This document shows positions 44,303 to 54,772 of a DNA stretch of 64,000 bases, in pieces. This DNA comes from Flavobacteriales bacterium. Its GTDB lineage: Bacteria; Bacteroidota; Bacteroidia; Flavobacteriales_G; JALEGO01. The stretch is from contig JAHDHZ010000002.1 of NCBI GenBank assembly GCA_020631045.1, positions 35,308-99,307 on the forward strand, given 5' to 3'. Each line of letters starts with the position of its first letter. Positions within the stretch are counted from its first letter, which is position 1. Position numbers and translations under genes: made by a program. Below the pieces are notes generated by a model. It searched no databases, was not told the origin of the DNA, and worked only from the letters and a program-made list of their open reading frames with translations.

Positions 44303-46513
44303 TCAATTATTGTGCATTAGAACGATTTTAGTGGCCATTGTATTGTGTTGAGAAGATATATTTAAAGTATATACCCCTACAGGCAGAGCACTAAGGTCAA
44401 TTCTTGTCAATAGTTGATTGAGATTGAATTGTTTTACCAGCGATCCTCTTAAATCAAAGATTTGACCAACTGCTGTTGTTTTTGAGAGTGCTTTAATTTG
44501 AAGCAAATCAACAACTGGATTTGTGAGCACCTTAAACTCTTCTGTCTCTTGTTCTTTGAAATTTAGACCAATAGAAACCTCATTTTTTTTCATGAAGTGA
44601 ATGCCCCCTGCTTCTTCGCCAATGGCAAGTACATCATTTGCAACACCAAAAATAGAAGTGCTGCTCACTGTTGAGACTTTGTCAGTAAGAATTGAATCAA
44701 TGAGTGTAAAGTTTGTATTGGCATCTACAATGTTTGAATAAACTAAGATTTTTCTTTGATCGGTGCCCAGAAATAAAATCTTGTCTCCGAACTCATCATA
44801 AGACATATACGGCACACTTTGGCCTAAACAACAATTGCCCTGCAGAGCATCTACTCCACCCAACATATTTGTATTTTCAATTGAAGAGAAATTAAAAGAA
44901 CTTGGTGTTCCCGTATTCTCAAAATAAAAGACCGATCCGTCACGCTCTCCGATAAGCAAATCATAAGCTCCATCATCATTAAAATCAAATAAATGAGGGG
45001 TAGCTTGATCTCCAACATCAATGGCATCTAATACTGATGAAGTCAACTGAAAGTTTGCAGTGTTTCCGTTAGAGGCGATATTTTCAAAATAGTGTAGCCT
45101 GCCTGTATGATCTCCTAGAACCATGTCTTGATCTCCATCGTTGTCAAGATCTGCAAACGTTGGTTTGGCATGCTGAATACTCAAAGATGCTACATCAGCA
45201 AAATTACTATCGACAATCTGAAAAACTGGATTCGCTACTTGACCAACATTTTCAAGTAACATCAATTGAGCTCTATAGTTTGTATTGGTGTAATACCCTC
45301 GATTTCCTATGACTAAATCTTGTAATCCGTCATTATTATAATCAAAAAATACTGGGTAAGCACGCTGACCAACATCTAACATTTGATCTTGTAAAAAGTT
45401 GGTTTGTTTGAACCTTAAATCAAGTGAGTCTGTGATTCCAGTATTTTCATACAACCAAGCAGATTGAGTGTTGTGTGCTTGCTCTGTAGAATTAGAAGCA
45501 AATAATAAGTCTTTTTTATCATCATTATTTACATCAAGGTAAAATCCAGCCGGGAAGAATACATCTACAGCTGGTGAATCATTAAAATGTTGCTCTGGAA
45601 AAGTGTAATAAAAGGTATCCATTACTGCATAATCAGCATCTCCCCCATTTTGAAGGTATACGGCATTGTAAAAAGAGATGTCTCCGGTAATTAAATCTTT
45701 ATCTCCGTCATGATCATAATCAAGAGCAAGCAAGGTTGACCCGGCGTGCACGCCTCCGTCTTTTTTAGACACAGGAGGCTCTGGCTTAAAGGGCAAAGAG
45801 TCAAGCCCTCCATTGAGACCTTCACAAGACTGATCAAGTAAAATATTATTGTTTAAAGCTGCCTCTGCAAAATCTCCCCAACATCTTGTAGTCACCACAT
45901 AATGCAAAGAATCACAGTTTTGATAAAAATCCATTGAAGCATTTTCATGCAAAGTGAGCTGATTGAAACCGTTATCGTAGGCCAAAATATCTAAATCTCC
46001 GTCAGAATCTATATCGTCAATAACTGGAATATCGGCATTTGAGTTGTATAAGTTAAATACTGGTGAGCCGTAATCAGACAGCAATAATGGAGAGACCAAA
46101 CTAAAGGTATTGTCTGTATTATTTTGATAAACCTTGATACCTGCAATGGTTTTTGCAAAAATATCAGGGTGCCCATCACAATTATAATCGCGCAACAAAA
46201 CAAAATCAGAAAGCTCAGAGAGAGGAAATTGATTTTGATAACCTCTCTGATACGTATAGCCCTGGTCATTAAATAAGCCTGAATGCACAAAACATTTTAC
46301 CGCTGAAGACCTTCGATCAAATACAAAAACATCAAGTGTTCCGTCTTGATTAATGTCAATTGAAGAGAACTGTGGATTATGAAAACCACCAGCCAAGGCA
46401 AGACTGAGGGTGTCTCCATTGTTTTTTAGAATGGGTAAATTCTCGTAATAATCATATTGAGCAAACAAAGAAAATGAGCAGAAAGAAAGAAAAAGGCTTA
46501 AAAAACGCATCAA
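44303..46513 (-). CDS. FG-GAP/VCBS repeat protein with a T9SS type A C-terminal sorting domain
   Basis: Repeated D.(D/N).DG..D(L/I) calcium-binding-like motifs (DINQDGTLD, DIDSDGDLD, DYDHDGDKD, DLDNDGDQD). The C-terminus has LTNPVVDLLQI...GVYTLNI. Confidence 0.75.
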   Translation of the reverse strand: MMRFLSLFLSFCSFSLFAQYDYYENLPILKNNGDTLSLALAGGFHNPQFSSIDINQDGTLDVFVFDRRSSAVKCFVHSGLFNDQGYTYQRGYQNQFPLSELSDFVLLRDYNCDGHPDIFAKTIAGIKVYQNNTDNTFSLVSPLLLSDYGSPVFNLYNSNADIPVIDDIDSDGDLDILAYDNGFNQLTLHENASMDFYQNCDSLHYVVTTRCWGDFAEAALNNNILLDQSCEGLNGGLDSLPFKPEPPVSKKDGGVHAGSTLLALDYDHDGDKDLITGDISFYNAVYLQNGGDADYAVMDTFYYTFPEQHFNDSPAVDVFFPAGFYLDVNNDDKKDLLFASNSTEQAHNTQSAWLYENTGITDSLDLRFKQTNFLQDQMLDVGQRAYPVFFDYNNDGLQDLVIGNRGYYTNTNYRAQLMLLENVGQVANPVFQIVDSNFADVASLSIQHAKPTFADLDNDGDQDMVLGDHTGRLHYFENIASNGNTANFQLTSSVLDAIDVGDQATPHLFDFNDDGAYDLLIGERDGSVFYFENTGTPSSFNFSSIENTNMLGGVDALQGNCCLGQSVPYMSYDEFGDKILFLGTDQRKILVYSNIVDANTNFTLIDSILTDKVSTVSSTSIFGVANDVLAIGEEAGGIHFMKKNEVSIGLNFKEQETEEFKVLTNPVVDLLQIKALSKTTAVGQIFDLRGSLVKQFNLNQLLTRIDLSALPVGVYTLNISSQHNTMATKIVLMHNN

Positions 46514-46585
46514 TTAAAATCTATGAATTTCAGTAATTATAGTCAATTTTAATTTGTTAGCAATGTGATTTTCTTGGATTTAAGC

Positions 46586-47563
46586 TCACATTACCCATGC
46601 TCGATCTGAAATTCGATGTTGATCTGTTTGTAAAACAGATTCTATCAAAGCCTTATTTGTTGAGGTTCTTGAATACACTTTAAATAAACCTTTGTGTAAG
46701 AAAACACCTGGGTGATAACCCATTTTTTTGAGTTTATCTTGATATTTTTTGGCGTTATCAAAATATTTAAAACACCCTGTAATAATATAAAATTGTCCTT
46801 GATTGTAGTATTCAAAAGAACTCTTATACTGGTTTGACAGAGTCATTTTTGTAGCACTTGACACAGCAAGATAAGGTTGATCAAAATCTAATACATCTGG
46901 AAGATCCTGAAGGTTCTTATATGTACATAAAGCATACTTAGAAGACTCATCTGCAGTTAAAAATTCCATTTTTATTTGAGAGGCATAATCTTGTGCTGAC
47001 TTTTGCTGAGTCAACACAGAAAGCAATAAAAGATTAAATAAAAACAATGCAAGTATGCCCACAAAAGCAAGCCTTTTGTATGATACTCCTTGTCTCAAGG
47101 TTATTTGCTCTAGTTGAAAGTCTTGCAGACCAAAGTGTTCTGCCGAACACTCTTGAGTATTTGAAAACTCAAAAAAGTAGTTTTGTTGTACTTTTTTTAA
47201 AATTCCCAACTGCGGAAGTTGCACTAAATTTCCTGTATTTAAAACTTCTTGAATATCAGTAAGCCAATCACTCAACATAGACTTTGCCTTGGGCTGAGTT
47301 ATACTAAGTTCATTTGAAATTAAATTCACTAATTCTAAATCAAGAAAATGCACCTTTGGCACAAACCTAATTTTTGAGCCTGGGGCTTTATGAAAATGGT
47401 TGTGGTTTATTTGTGCAGAAACTTGATCACTTACAAAAGCCCCTATTCCTTTTAAAACTGCATATCCATTCTTATGAATTAACATGTTTAAAAAATGACT
47501 AATCTGTTTATTGGTAAGCTTTTTCAAGAGGTTTTGTGAATTACTACCCAAATTTATTAACAA
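46586..47563 (-). CDS. HU-like N-terminal domain plus one TM plus C-terminal SPOR-like domain protein
   Basis: N-terminal LIHKNGYAVLKGIGAF (HU/CCDC81-type), a central TM (LAFVGILALFLFNLLLL), and a C-terminal YIITGCFKYFDNAKKYQDKLKKMGY (SPOR-like). Confidence 0.55.
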   Translation of the reverse strand: MLINLGSNSQNLLKKLTNKQISHFLNMLIHKNGYAVLKGIGAFVSDQVSAQINHNHFHKAPGSKIRFVPKVHFLDLELVNLISNELSITQPKAKSMLSDWLTDIQEVLNTGNLVQLPQLGILKKVQQNYFFEFSNTQECSAEHFGLQDFQLEQITLRQGVSYKRLAFVGILALFLFNLLLLSVLTQQKSAQDYASQIKMEFLTADESSKYALCTYKNLQDLPDVLDFDQPYLAVSSATKMTLSNQYKSSFEYYNQGQFYIITGCFKYFDNAKKYQDKLKKMGYHPGVFLHKGLFKVYSRTSTNKALIESVLQTDQHRISDRAWVM

Positions 47564-47624
47564 TTGACCAATTTTTCAATTTTAATTTTCTAATGTTGCT
47601 TCATTAACTTAAAACACGAATAAA

Positions 47625-48032
47625 ATGAGTATGCTAAAAGAATTTAAAGAATTTATCACTGGAGGAAACGTGATAGAATTTGCAGTAGCTGTAATTATGG
47701 CCGGAGCCATCGGTGAGGTAGTAAACGGATTTGTAAGTAAAATTGTAATGCCAGTTGTAGGCCACTTTTCGGGTGGAATGGATTTCAAAGACCTAAAATA
47801 TGTTTTAGATCAAGCTGTCATTGCTGCAGATGGAGCTGTAGCTACTCCTGAGAATGCCATCATGTATGGTGAGTGGATCAACACCATCATCAATTTAGTT
47901 ATTGTAGGATTTGTGATGTTCTTGATGATCAAATCATACAATAAAATGAAAAAGAAACAAGAAGAAGCTCCTGCTGCACCACCTGCAAATGAGGTATTGC
48001 TTGCAGAGATTAGAGACTTGTTGAAAAAATAA
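47625..48032 (+). CDS. mscL: Large-conductance mechanosensitive channel
   Basis: MLKEFKEFITGGNVIEFAVAVIMAGAIG is the canonical MscL N-terminus/TM1; 135 aa. Confidence 0.93.
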   Translation: MSMLKEFKEFITGGNVIEFAVAVIMAGAIGEVVNGFVSKIVMPVVGHFSGGMDFKDLKYVLDQAVIAADGAVATPENAIMYGEWINTIINLVIVGFVMFLMIKSYNKMKKKQEEAPAAPPANEVLLAEIRDLLKK

Positions 48033-48060
48033 ATTAAATTGTTTATTAATTTTGGTAAGA

Positions 48061-48089
48061 GCCTCCTGATTACAGGGGGCTTTTTTTTT
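48061..48089 (+). terminator. Rho-independent terminator of mscL
   Basis: Stem GCCTCCTG/CAGGGGGC (one G-T pair), loop ATTA, followed by T9. Confidence 0.8.
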
Positions 48090-48114
48090 ACTTTTAATTT
48101 AAAGCACTCTTAGT

Positions 48115-48909
48115 ATGAAGCAGTATCACCAACTTTTACAAACAATTCTTGATCAAGGAGCCATCAAAGAAGATCGTACAGGAACTGGAACCAGAAGTAT
48201 TTTCGGATATCAAATGCGTTACAACCTGGGTGAAGGTTTTCCGTTAGTTACCACTAAAAAATTACACTTAAGATCAATTATTCACGAATTACTATGGTTT
48301 TTAAAAGGTGACACCAACATTGCTTATTTAAAAGAACACAAAGTACGTATCTGGGATGAATGGGCTGATGAAAATGGAAATTTAGGCCCAGTATATGGTC
48401 ACCAATGGAGAAGTTGGCCAACACCTAAAGGCGAAAAAATTGACCAAATCACAAACTTGATCAATCAAATTAAAACCAATCCTGATTCAAGAAGACACAT
48501 TGTAAGCGCTTGGAATGTATCAGACATACAAAATATGGCTCTACCTCCTTGTCATTGTTTATTTCAGTTTTATGTTGCAGATGGCAAACTTTCATGCCAA
48601 CTTTATCAGCGCAGTGCTGATGTATTTTTAGGTGTTCCTTTCAACATCGCATCATACGCTTTATTAACCCACATGATTGCTCAAGTCTGTAATCTTAAGG
48701 TAGGTGATTTTATTCACACACTAGGAGATGCTCATCTGTATTCTAACCATATAGAACAAGCACAATTACAACTGAGTAGAACACCAAGAGCATTGCCTAA
48801 GCTCAAAATAAACACCTCTATTATTGACTTGTTTGATTTCAGATTTGAAGACTTTGAAATCGTTGGTTACGATCCTCATCCACACATTAAAGGTCTCGTC
48901 GCAGTATGA
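48115..48909 (+). CDS. thyA: Thymidylate synthase (ThyA type)
   Basis: [19 protein letters not shown] (catalytic Cys) and [18 protein letters not shown]. Confidence 0.95.
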   Translation: MKQYHQLLQTILDQGAIKEDRTGTGTRSIFGYQMRYNLGEGFPLVTTKKLHLRSIIHELLWFLKGDTNIAYLKEHKVRIWDEWADENGNLGPVYGHQWRSWPTPKGEKIDQITNLINQIKTNPDSRRHIVSAWNVSDIQNMALPPCHCLFQFYVADGKLSCQLYQRSADVFLGVPFNIASYALLTHMIAQVCNLKVGDFIHTLGDAHLYSNHIEQAQLQLSRTPRALPKLKINTSIIDLFDFRFEDFEIVGYDPHPHIKGLVAV

Positions 48910-49445
48910 TTACCTCTTTGATTGTTGCAGTTAGTAAAAGTTTTGGCATTGGATATAATGGTGATCTATTATGGTACTTGCCTACCGACATGGCTTATTT
49001 TAAAAACACAACTTTAGGTCATCCTATCATAACTGGAAGAAAAAATTATTTGTCAATTCCTGCAAAATTCAGACCCTTACAAAACAGAGAAAACATCATC
49101 CTTACCAACAATAGAAATGCTCAGTTTAAAGATGCTTATACTGTTTATTCTATTGATCAAGCTCTAGAAAAAGCTAGCTCTTTTGATGCAGAAGAAATAT
49201 TTGTAATAGGTGGAGGTGAGATATATAAGCAATTTCTCGAGCAAGATTTAATCGACAAACTCTACATTACCTTTGTTGATGATGATCCTAAAGCTGATAC
49301 CTTTTTTCCAAAGATCAACCTTGAACAAGATTGGAACTTGATCAGTAACATACAAGATATTGATCAAAAAACAAAGATTAAACTCAGGTTTGCTATCTAT
49401 ACTAAGAAGATATCTAAGAAGCCTGTTTTAGAGAATTTAAATTAG
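48906..49445 (+). CDS. folA: Dihydrofolate reductase
   Basis: [29 protein letters not shown] and VIGGGEIY. 4-nt overlap with thyA. It has a ~15-aa C-terminal extension overlapping clpX. Confidence 0.9.
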   Translation: MITSLIVAVSKSFGIGYNGDLLWYLPTDMAYFKNTTLGHPIITGRKNYLSIPAKFRPLQNRENIILTNNRNAQFKDAYTVYSIDQALEKASSFDAEEIFVIGGGEIYKQFLEQDLIDKLYITFVDDDPKADTFFPKINLEQDWNLISNIQDIDQKTKIKLRFAIYTKKISKKPVLENLN

Positions 49446-50655
49446 ACTGCTCAATTTTTTCTTGAGCATACTTAAAGCTAACAGTCAAGGCCTTTGTTTT
49501 CTTATCAGAAGGCAACTCATACATTGCATCAGATAATACCGCCTCACAAATAGATCTTAAGCCTCTGGCGCCCAACTCAAACTCTATGGTTTTTTCAACC
49601 ATATATTCTAAAGCCTTTTTATCAAAACTTAAAGCTATTTGTTCAAACTCAAAGAGTTTTACATATTGTTTAATCAATGCGTTTTTAGGCTCTGTAAGAA
49701 TACGCAACAGAGCTTCTTTATCTAATTCATTCAAGTACGTATGTACAGGAATTCGGCCAATCAACTCAGGAATGAGCCCAAAAGATTTTAAATCTAAAGG
49801 ACTCAAATTAGATAATACTTGATTGTCTGATTTCAAGCCTGTTTGAGTAGAACTAAATCCTAAAGCGCCTGTGTTTATTCTTCTAGAAATGATTTTGTCA
49901 ATACCAACAAAAGCTCCCCCACAAATAAATAAAATGTTTTTGGTGTTTACCTGAATCATTTTTTGGTCAGGATGCTTTCTCCCTCCCTGAGGAGGAACAT
50001 TTACCACACTCCCCTCAATTAATTTTAACAAGCCCTGCTGCACACCCTCGCCTGAAACATCTCTTGTTATAGAAGGGTTATCACTTTTTCTAGCAATTTT
50101 ATCTATCTCGTCTATAAATACAATTCCGTGTTCAGCTGCTTTAACATCGTAGTTTGAGGCTTGCAAAAGTCGTGTAAGCACACTCTCAACATCTTCGCCC
50201 ACATAACCTGACTCTGTAAACACAGTAGCATCAGCTATACAAAAAGGAACATTCAAACATTTGGCAATGGTTTTAGCCAACAATGTTTTACCTGTTCCGG
50301 TATGACCTACCATCAGTATGTTTGATTTCTCAATTTCAATTTGATCGTCTAGATTTTGAGAAATACGCTTGTAGTGATTGTAAACTGCAACAGAAAGTGT
50401 TTTTTTAGCTTGCCATTGACCAATGATGTACTCATCTAAGAAACGAGTAATATCTTTAGGCTTGTTTTTTGCTAAAAAATCTTCAAAGTCAGCATTAAAT
50501 TCTGAAGAACTTGCCTTTTCTTGATTGACAATCTTCTGGGCAGCCAACGCACAATCATCACATATATGCGCATCAATACCAGAAATCAGAAATTTCACTT
50601 CTTTTCGTTTTCTTCCACAAAAAGAACAGGTATGGGTATTAGAATCTTTAGACAA
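49414..50655 (-). CDS. clpX: ATP-dependent Clp protease ATP-binding subunit ClpX
   Basis: N-terminal zinc finger CSFCG...CDDC, Walker [14 protein letters not shown], Walker [10 protein letters not shown]. Confidence 0.95.
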   Translation of the reverse strand: MSKDSNTHTCSFCGRKRKEVKFLISGIDAHICDDCALAAQKIVNQEKASSSEFNADFEDFLAKNKPKDITRFLDEYIIGQWQAKKTLSVAVYNHYKRISQNLDDQIEIEKSNILMVGHTGTGKTLLAKTIAKCLNVPFCIADATVFTESGYVGEDVESVLTRLLQASNYDVKAAEHGIVFIDEIDKIARKSDNPSITRDVSGEGVQQGLLKLIEGSVVNVPPQGGRKHPDQKMIQVNTKNILFICGGAFVGIDKIISRRINTGALGFSSTQTGLKSDNQVLSNLSPLDLKSFGLIPELIGRIPVHTYLNELDKEALLRILTEPKNALIKQYVKLFEFEQIALSFDKKALEYMVEKTIEFELGARGLRSICEAVLSDAMYELPSDKKTKALTVSFKYAQEKIEQSNLNSLKQAS

Positions 50656-51333
50656 TTACTTTGGCTGACGCATCAATACTTCATCAATCATTCCATAGGC
50701 CTTCGCTTCAGTAGAGGTCATCCAATAATCTCTATCAGAATCTTCCCATACTTTGTCATATGACTTACCAGAATGCTGAGCAATAATCTCATACAGCTCT
50801 TTTTTCAGCTTTTGAATTTCTCTAGCTGTAATTTCAATGTCAGAGGCTTGACCTTGAGCTCCGCCTAAAGGCTGATGAATCATCACTCTAGAATGTTTCA
50901 AAGCCGTTCTTTTACCATCGGCACCTGCACACAATAAAACGGCTCCCATCGAAGCTGCCATGCCTGTACAAATTGTTGCTACATCTGGTTTAATGTATTG
51001 CATGGTATCATAAATACCTAAACCTGCATATACGCTTCCGCCTGGAGAATTGATATAGATCTGAATGTCTTTAGTAGCATCTGCTGACTCTAAGAACAAC
51101 AATTGACCTTGAATGATGTTTGAAACATAATCGTTAATTCCTGTTCCCATGAAAATAATTCTATCCATCATCAAACGAGAGAAAATATCCATAGAAGCTA
51201 CATTCATTTGACGTTCTTCGATAATGGTCGGAGAAATATAATCATTGTACACAGACATATATTTCTCTAAATGCATGCTGTTTATGCCCAAGTGTTTTGT
51301 GGCATACTTTTTAAATTCATTTGGTGGAATCAT
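50656..51333 (-). CDS. clpP: ATP-dependent Clp protease proteolytic subunit
   Basis: Catalytic Ser context GMAASMGA and His context IHQPLGG. Confidence 0.95.
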   Translation of the reverse strand: MIPPNEFKKYATKHLGINSMHLEKYMSVYNDYISPTIIEERQMNVASMDIFSRLMMDRIIFMGTGINDYVSNIIQGQLLFLESADATKDIQIYINSPGGSVYAGLGIYDTMQYIKPDVATICTGMAASMGAVLLCAGADGKRTALKHSRVMIHQPLGGAQGQASDIEITAREIQKLKKELYEIIAQHSGKSYDKVWEDSDRDYWMTSTEAKAYGMIDEVLMRQPK

Positions 51334-51338
51334 TTTAT

Positions 51339-52709
51339 TTAAAATTTAAATTTCTTAAATATATTAAATCTCGAGGTTTTTTCTTGTAAAATATCTTCAA
51401 ATTCAGTGTAGGTCACCTCTTTGTCTTTCAAGGTAAGTTGCTCTCTGAATAATTTAATCACCTTTTGCTCAATTAACTCTGAACGAAGGCGATGCGCTTC
51501 TTCTTTATTGCTGAGCATATTTTGTACATAGGTATTTAATTGAGCTTCTTCAGGAACAGGAATTCCGTATTGCTCAAATTGAGTTTTGATCAGGCCTTGA
51601 GCATGCTCTTGCAATTCAGAAGACTGAAGTTCAATGCCGTTCTCTTTGACTATTTGATTTTCAACAAGCATCCACCTCATATCAGAGGCAAATTTCTCAT
51701 AATCTTGCTCTACCTTTTGCTCAGTCATCTCTTTGTTGGTAGCCAGTAACCATTTTTTCAAAAAAGCATCAGGCAATGAAAGTTTCAATTTTTTAATCAA
51801 AGCATCCATTACATCTTTTTTGAGTTTTTTATCAGAAAAACCCAACAAGACCTTTTCAAGCTCAAGTTTTGACTTGTCATCAAACTCTTGCTTGCCATTT
51901 ACCTTGCCTGGGCCAAAAATCTTGTCGTATAATTCTTGGTTTTCTTCAGCGGGTATGACTCTTTGGACAGCAATTACTTGAAGCTCAAATTCATTTGAAA
52001 TGGTACTTAATTGCTCTTTTGAAACACCTAACATAGCGGCTAAATCAACATCATTCTTAGCCAAATTCTTAACATTTACATGAACGGTATCGTCTTTTTT
52101 CAAGCCAATGAGTTTGGCTTTTTCTTTTTTATTTTCAACAAACTCAGTGTAAATGGTTGTTTGTTTGTCAATAGGAGTTTCTGTACCTAATTCTTTTAAT
52201 CTCACCACAACCATATCTTTCTCTCCTACTTGATCAGAGGGCTCCATTTTACCGTATCTCTTAGTAAGATCTTCGATGTTTTTTTTCATCAACTGATCAT
52301 CAACTTTGATTTGGTAATTTGTGAATTTTCCAGCACTTGACAAATTTACCTCAAACTTAGGGGAAAGTCCTAACTCATAAGAAAACTCAAAGTCTTTCTC
52401 ATTTAAAAAGTCTTCGGTTTGGTCTTGGTTTTGAGGTAAAGGATTGCCTAATATATCTAACTCTTTCTCTTCAATATACTTGTATAAAGAGTTGTTGATG
52501 AGCTTATTGATCTCATCTGCCTTTACAGATGCTCCATACATTTTATTGAGCATCCCAATGGGCACCTTACCTGATCTAAATCCCGGAATATTAGCACGTT
52601 TTTTATAAGATTTTAAAACATCTAGAACTTGTTGCTTATAATCTTGTTCAACAATCTTGAGTTTTAAAACAGCGCCTAAATCGCCTTGTTCATGTTTTGT
52701 GATTTCCAT
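51339..52709 (-). CDS. tig: Trigger factor
   Basis: N-terminal ribosome-binding region with GFRSGKVP. The size and its position upstream of clpP-clpX fit. Confidence 0.88.
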   Translation of the reverse strand: MEITKHEQGDLGAVLKLKIVEQDYKQQVLDVLKSYKKRANIPGFRSGKVPIGMLNKMYGASVKADEINKLINNSLYKYIEEKELDILGNPLPQNQDQTEDFLNEKDFEFSYELGLSPKFEVNLSSAGKFTNYQIKVDDQLMKKNIEDLTKRYGKMEPSDQVGEKDMVVVRLKELGTETPIDKQTTIYTEFVENKKEKAKLIGLKKDDTVHVNVKNLAKNDVDLAAMLGVSKEQLSTISNEFELQVIAVQRVIPAEENQELYDKIFGPGKVNGKQEFDDKSKLELEKVLLGFSDKKLKKDVMDALIKKLKLSLPDAFLKKWLLATNKEMTEQKVEQDYEKFASDMRWMLVENQIVKENGIELQSSELQEHAQGLIKTQFEQYGIPVPEEAQLNTYVQNMLSNKEEAHRLRSELIEQKVIKLFREQLTLKDKEVTYTEFEDILQEKTSRFNIFKKFKF

Positions 52710-52749
52710 TCGCTTAATTTCTTAGATGCGCAAAATTAAGCTTTTTAAA

Positions 52750-52783
52750 TGAAAAAGCCGCTAAGGAAGAAATCCTTAACGGC
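52750..52783 (-). terminator. Rho-independent terminator closing the 57779->52810 operon
   Basis: On the minus strand GCCGTTAAGG pairs with CCTTAGCGGC (one G-T pair), with a 7-nt loop, followed by TTTTT. Confidence 0.7.
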
Positions 52784-52809
52784 CTTATAATAAAATTATA
52801 AAAAAGTGC

Positions 52810-53343
52810 TTATCTCTTGATCACTTCTATACTTAAAGACTCTCCCAAAGAAAATGCATCAATGCAATCAATGACCTCTAATCTCAAGTCAACTCCGTTA
52901 ACATTATTTTCACTAATTTGATTGGTATTTAACACATCTTGAAATGACTCTCTTTGTTGAGCTATCATAAATTTAGCTTTACCATTACCCAAATCTATAA
53001 TTTCATCGATGACAAAAGATCCGAAATGACCATTTCTTGAAAGTGCAACTTGAGCATCTTGAGAAAAAGCCCCTTGATAATACAACGCTTTTAACCCATT
53101 ATTCTGATCATTGTTGAACCAATACCAAGACACTCCCTCACGAACCCTATACTCACCCTGAAAAGAACTGTGAAGATGCTTTTCTTTTGGAGCACAAGTA
53201 AGTACTTGAGTCTGATTAGTAACGTTTGAAGAAATTGATCTGTCTGCTAAAAACTCTCCGCGTTCTGGCTCACAACTACCAAAACTAAAAATCAAAGAAG
53301 AAGCAAAGCATGAAAATGCAATGTGGTATTTTTTATAGTTCAT
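52810..53343 (-). CDS. Hypothetical lipoprotein (177 aa)
   Basis: Signal peptide with lipobox FGSC. I recognise no family. Last gene of the ABCG-type operon. Confidence 0.55.
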   Translation of the reverse strand: MNYKKYHIAFSCFASSLIFSFGSCEPERGEFLADRSISSNVTNQTQVLTCAPKEKHLHSSFQGEYRVREGVSWYWFNNDQNNGLKALYYQGAFSQDAQVALSRNGHFGSFVIDEIIDLGNGKAKFMIAQQRESFQDVLNTNQISENNVNGVDLRLEVIDCIDAFSLGESLSIEVIKR

Positions 53344-53385
53344 AATAAATGGTTTTGATTTTATTACGAGCTATCTTTAAAAAAG

Positions 53386-53871
53386 TTACTTTTTTTGCTT
53401 CTGTTTTAAAAAATCAGATGAAAAACCAATTACAGATGCGCCACAACTAGGTTTATTTTCACTAAAAGAATATTTAATAAAATAGTTTGAGGTAGCTTTA
53501 CAAGGAAAAAATATTTTAGAGTAATATCTTTCATGTCCCTTAATATGGTTGGATGCCACTTTTCTGTGGTGATCATCAAAAATGTCTACAACCATTTTAT
53601 TGCTCACCTCAGATGAATTGGGTAAGGTAATAAGGTAAGTTGTTCCTTTAAAAAAGGTCTTTTTAAACTCAATAGTCTCTCCCCCATAAGTGAACATTTT
53701 CTTAGGTAGTAAATAGGTATTTGAGTATTCAAATGTTTTTAATTTAGAAGCACAGAGATTTTCTAAATTTTTTAAATCACTTTCTTTGCATTGAGCAATC
53801 AACAAAGAGGCATTCAATACAATAAGTAAAAAAAAGAGTATTCTCATGATCATAACACTATATCTGAACAA
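53386..53871 (-). CDS. Hypothetical secreted protein (161 aa)
   Basis: N-terminal hydrophobic signal (ILFFLLIVLNASLLIAQC), four further Cys, and a Lys-rich tail. No recognised family. Confidence 0.55.
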   Translation of the reverse strand: MFRYSVMIMRILFFLLIVLNASLLIAQCKESDLKNLENLCASKLKTFEYSNTYLLPKKMFTYGGETIEFKKTFFKGTTYLITLPNSSEVSNKMVVDIFDDHHRKVASNHIKGHERYYSKIFFPCKATSNYFIKYSFSENKPSCGASVIGFSSDFLKQKQKK

Positions 53872-54772
53872 TAAAACTTCTCAATTTCTCAATTGAGTTT
53901 AAAACATCGTTTAATTGCTCATCACTTGCTTGTATAGTGCTTTGTGAGTGATCGGTAATCACAAGAGCATCGGGGTCGTCAACTGAAGGATTCGTCTCAT
54001 TTTCTGCATAAGTGTGTTGAATTTGAATGGCATCAAAACTCAATTTTAAAAGGTCAAACTGATCGACCAGATTTTTAAATTGGTCTGAAGATTGAGCAAA
54101 TGGTTTTAAAACCGCAGAGAGATCTTCAATGACAATCTTTTGCTCTAAAATTTTCTCTTTCAATTCATCATTTTTGGTCACCAAGTAAACTTGTCTTGCA
54201 ATATTCAATGATTCGATAAATCCACCCGTAATCATAAGCACTGCAACATCAGATTTTTGATGGGTATTTAAATATTCTAGCATAAAATCAAAATCTTTAG
54301 CCAACACATAAACTAAAGAATCATTTTTATCCATATTATCAGCATAATATTTCATTTTTTGAAGATCAAAAAGTGTAGAGATGTTCAAATCAGAAGTAAG
54401 GCCTCTCACAGCTCTGAAATAAGAAAATACATCTTTTAACTTCTTGTGTAGATTAATGTATGCCATATCAGCACTGTACACACCTAAATTGAGTGACTTT
54501 TTAAATGTTGAAACATATTCTGAAGATAGATCAACATTGTTTAGAAAATCTTTGTGATAAGCCTCTTCTGATGCAACAATATAAGTATTGATCTCTACTG
54601 GAGTCGGAACAGACTTTAAAATATTTGAAGACACTTTTCCGTCAATTAAAGAATCTAAGTCTACATGCACATTTTGCATTTGCTCAGACATTTTACTTTG
54701 TTCAGAAGAACTGCAGGCATTAATGCCTAGTAGTAAAAAAGCGTAAATTAAGGGCTTTGTATAATATTTCAT
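53858..54772 (-). CDS. Hypothetical helical lipoprotein (304 aa)
   Basis: Lipobox LGINAC with helix-rich composition. The start overlaps the last 53 nt of the ABC gene. No recognised family. Confidence 0.55.
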   Translation of the reverse strand: MKYYTKPLIYAFLLLGINACSSSEQSKMSEQMQNVHVDLDSLIDGKVSSNILKSVPTPVEINTYIVASEEAYHKDFLNNVDLSSEYVSTFKKSLNLGVYSADMAYINLHKKLKDVFSYFRAVRGLTSDLNISTLFDLQKMKYYADNMDKNDSLVYVLAKDFDFMLEYLNTHQKSDVAVLMITGGFIESLNIARQVYLVTKNDELKEKILEQKIVIEDLSAVLKPFAQSSDQFKNLVDQFDLLKLSFDAIQIQHTYAENETNPSVDDPDALVITDHSQSTIQASDEQLNDVLNSIEKLRSFIVQI

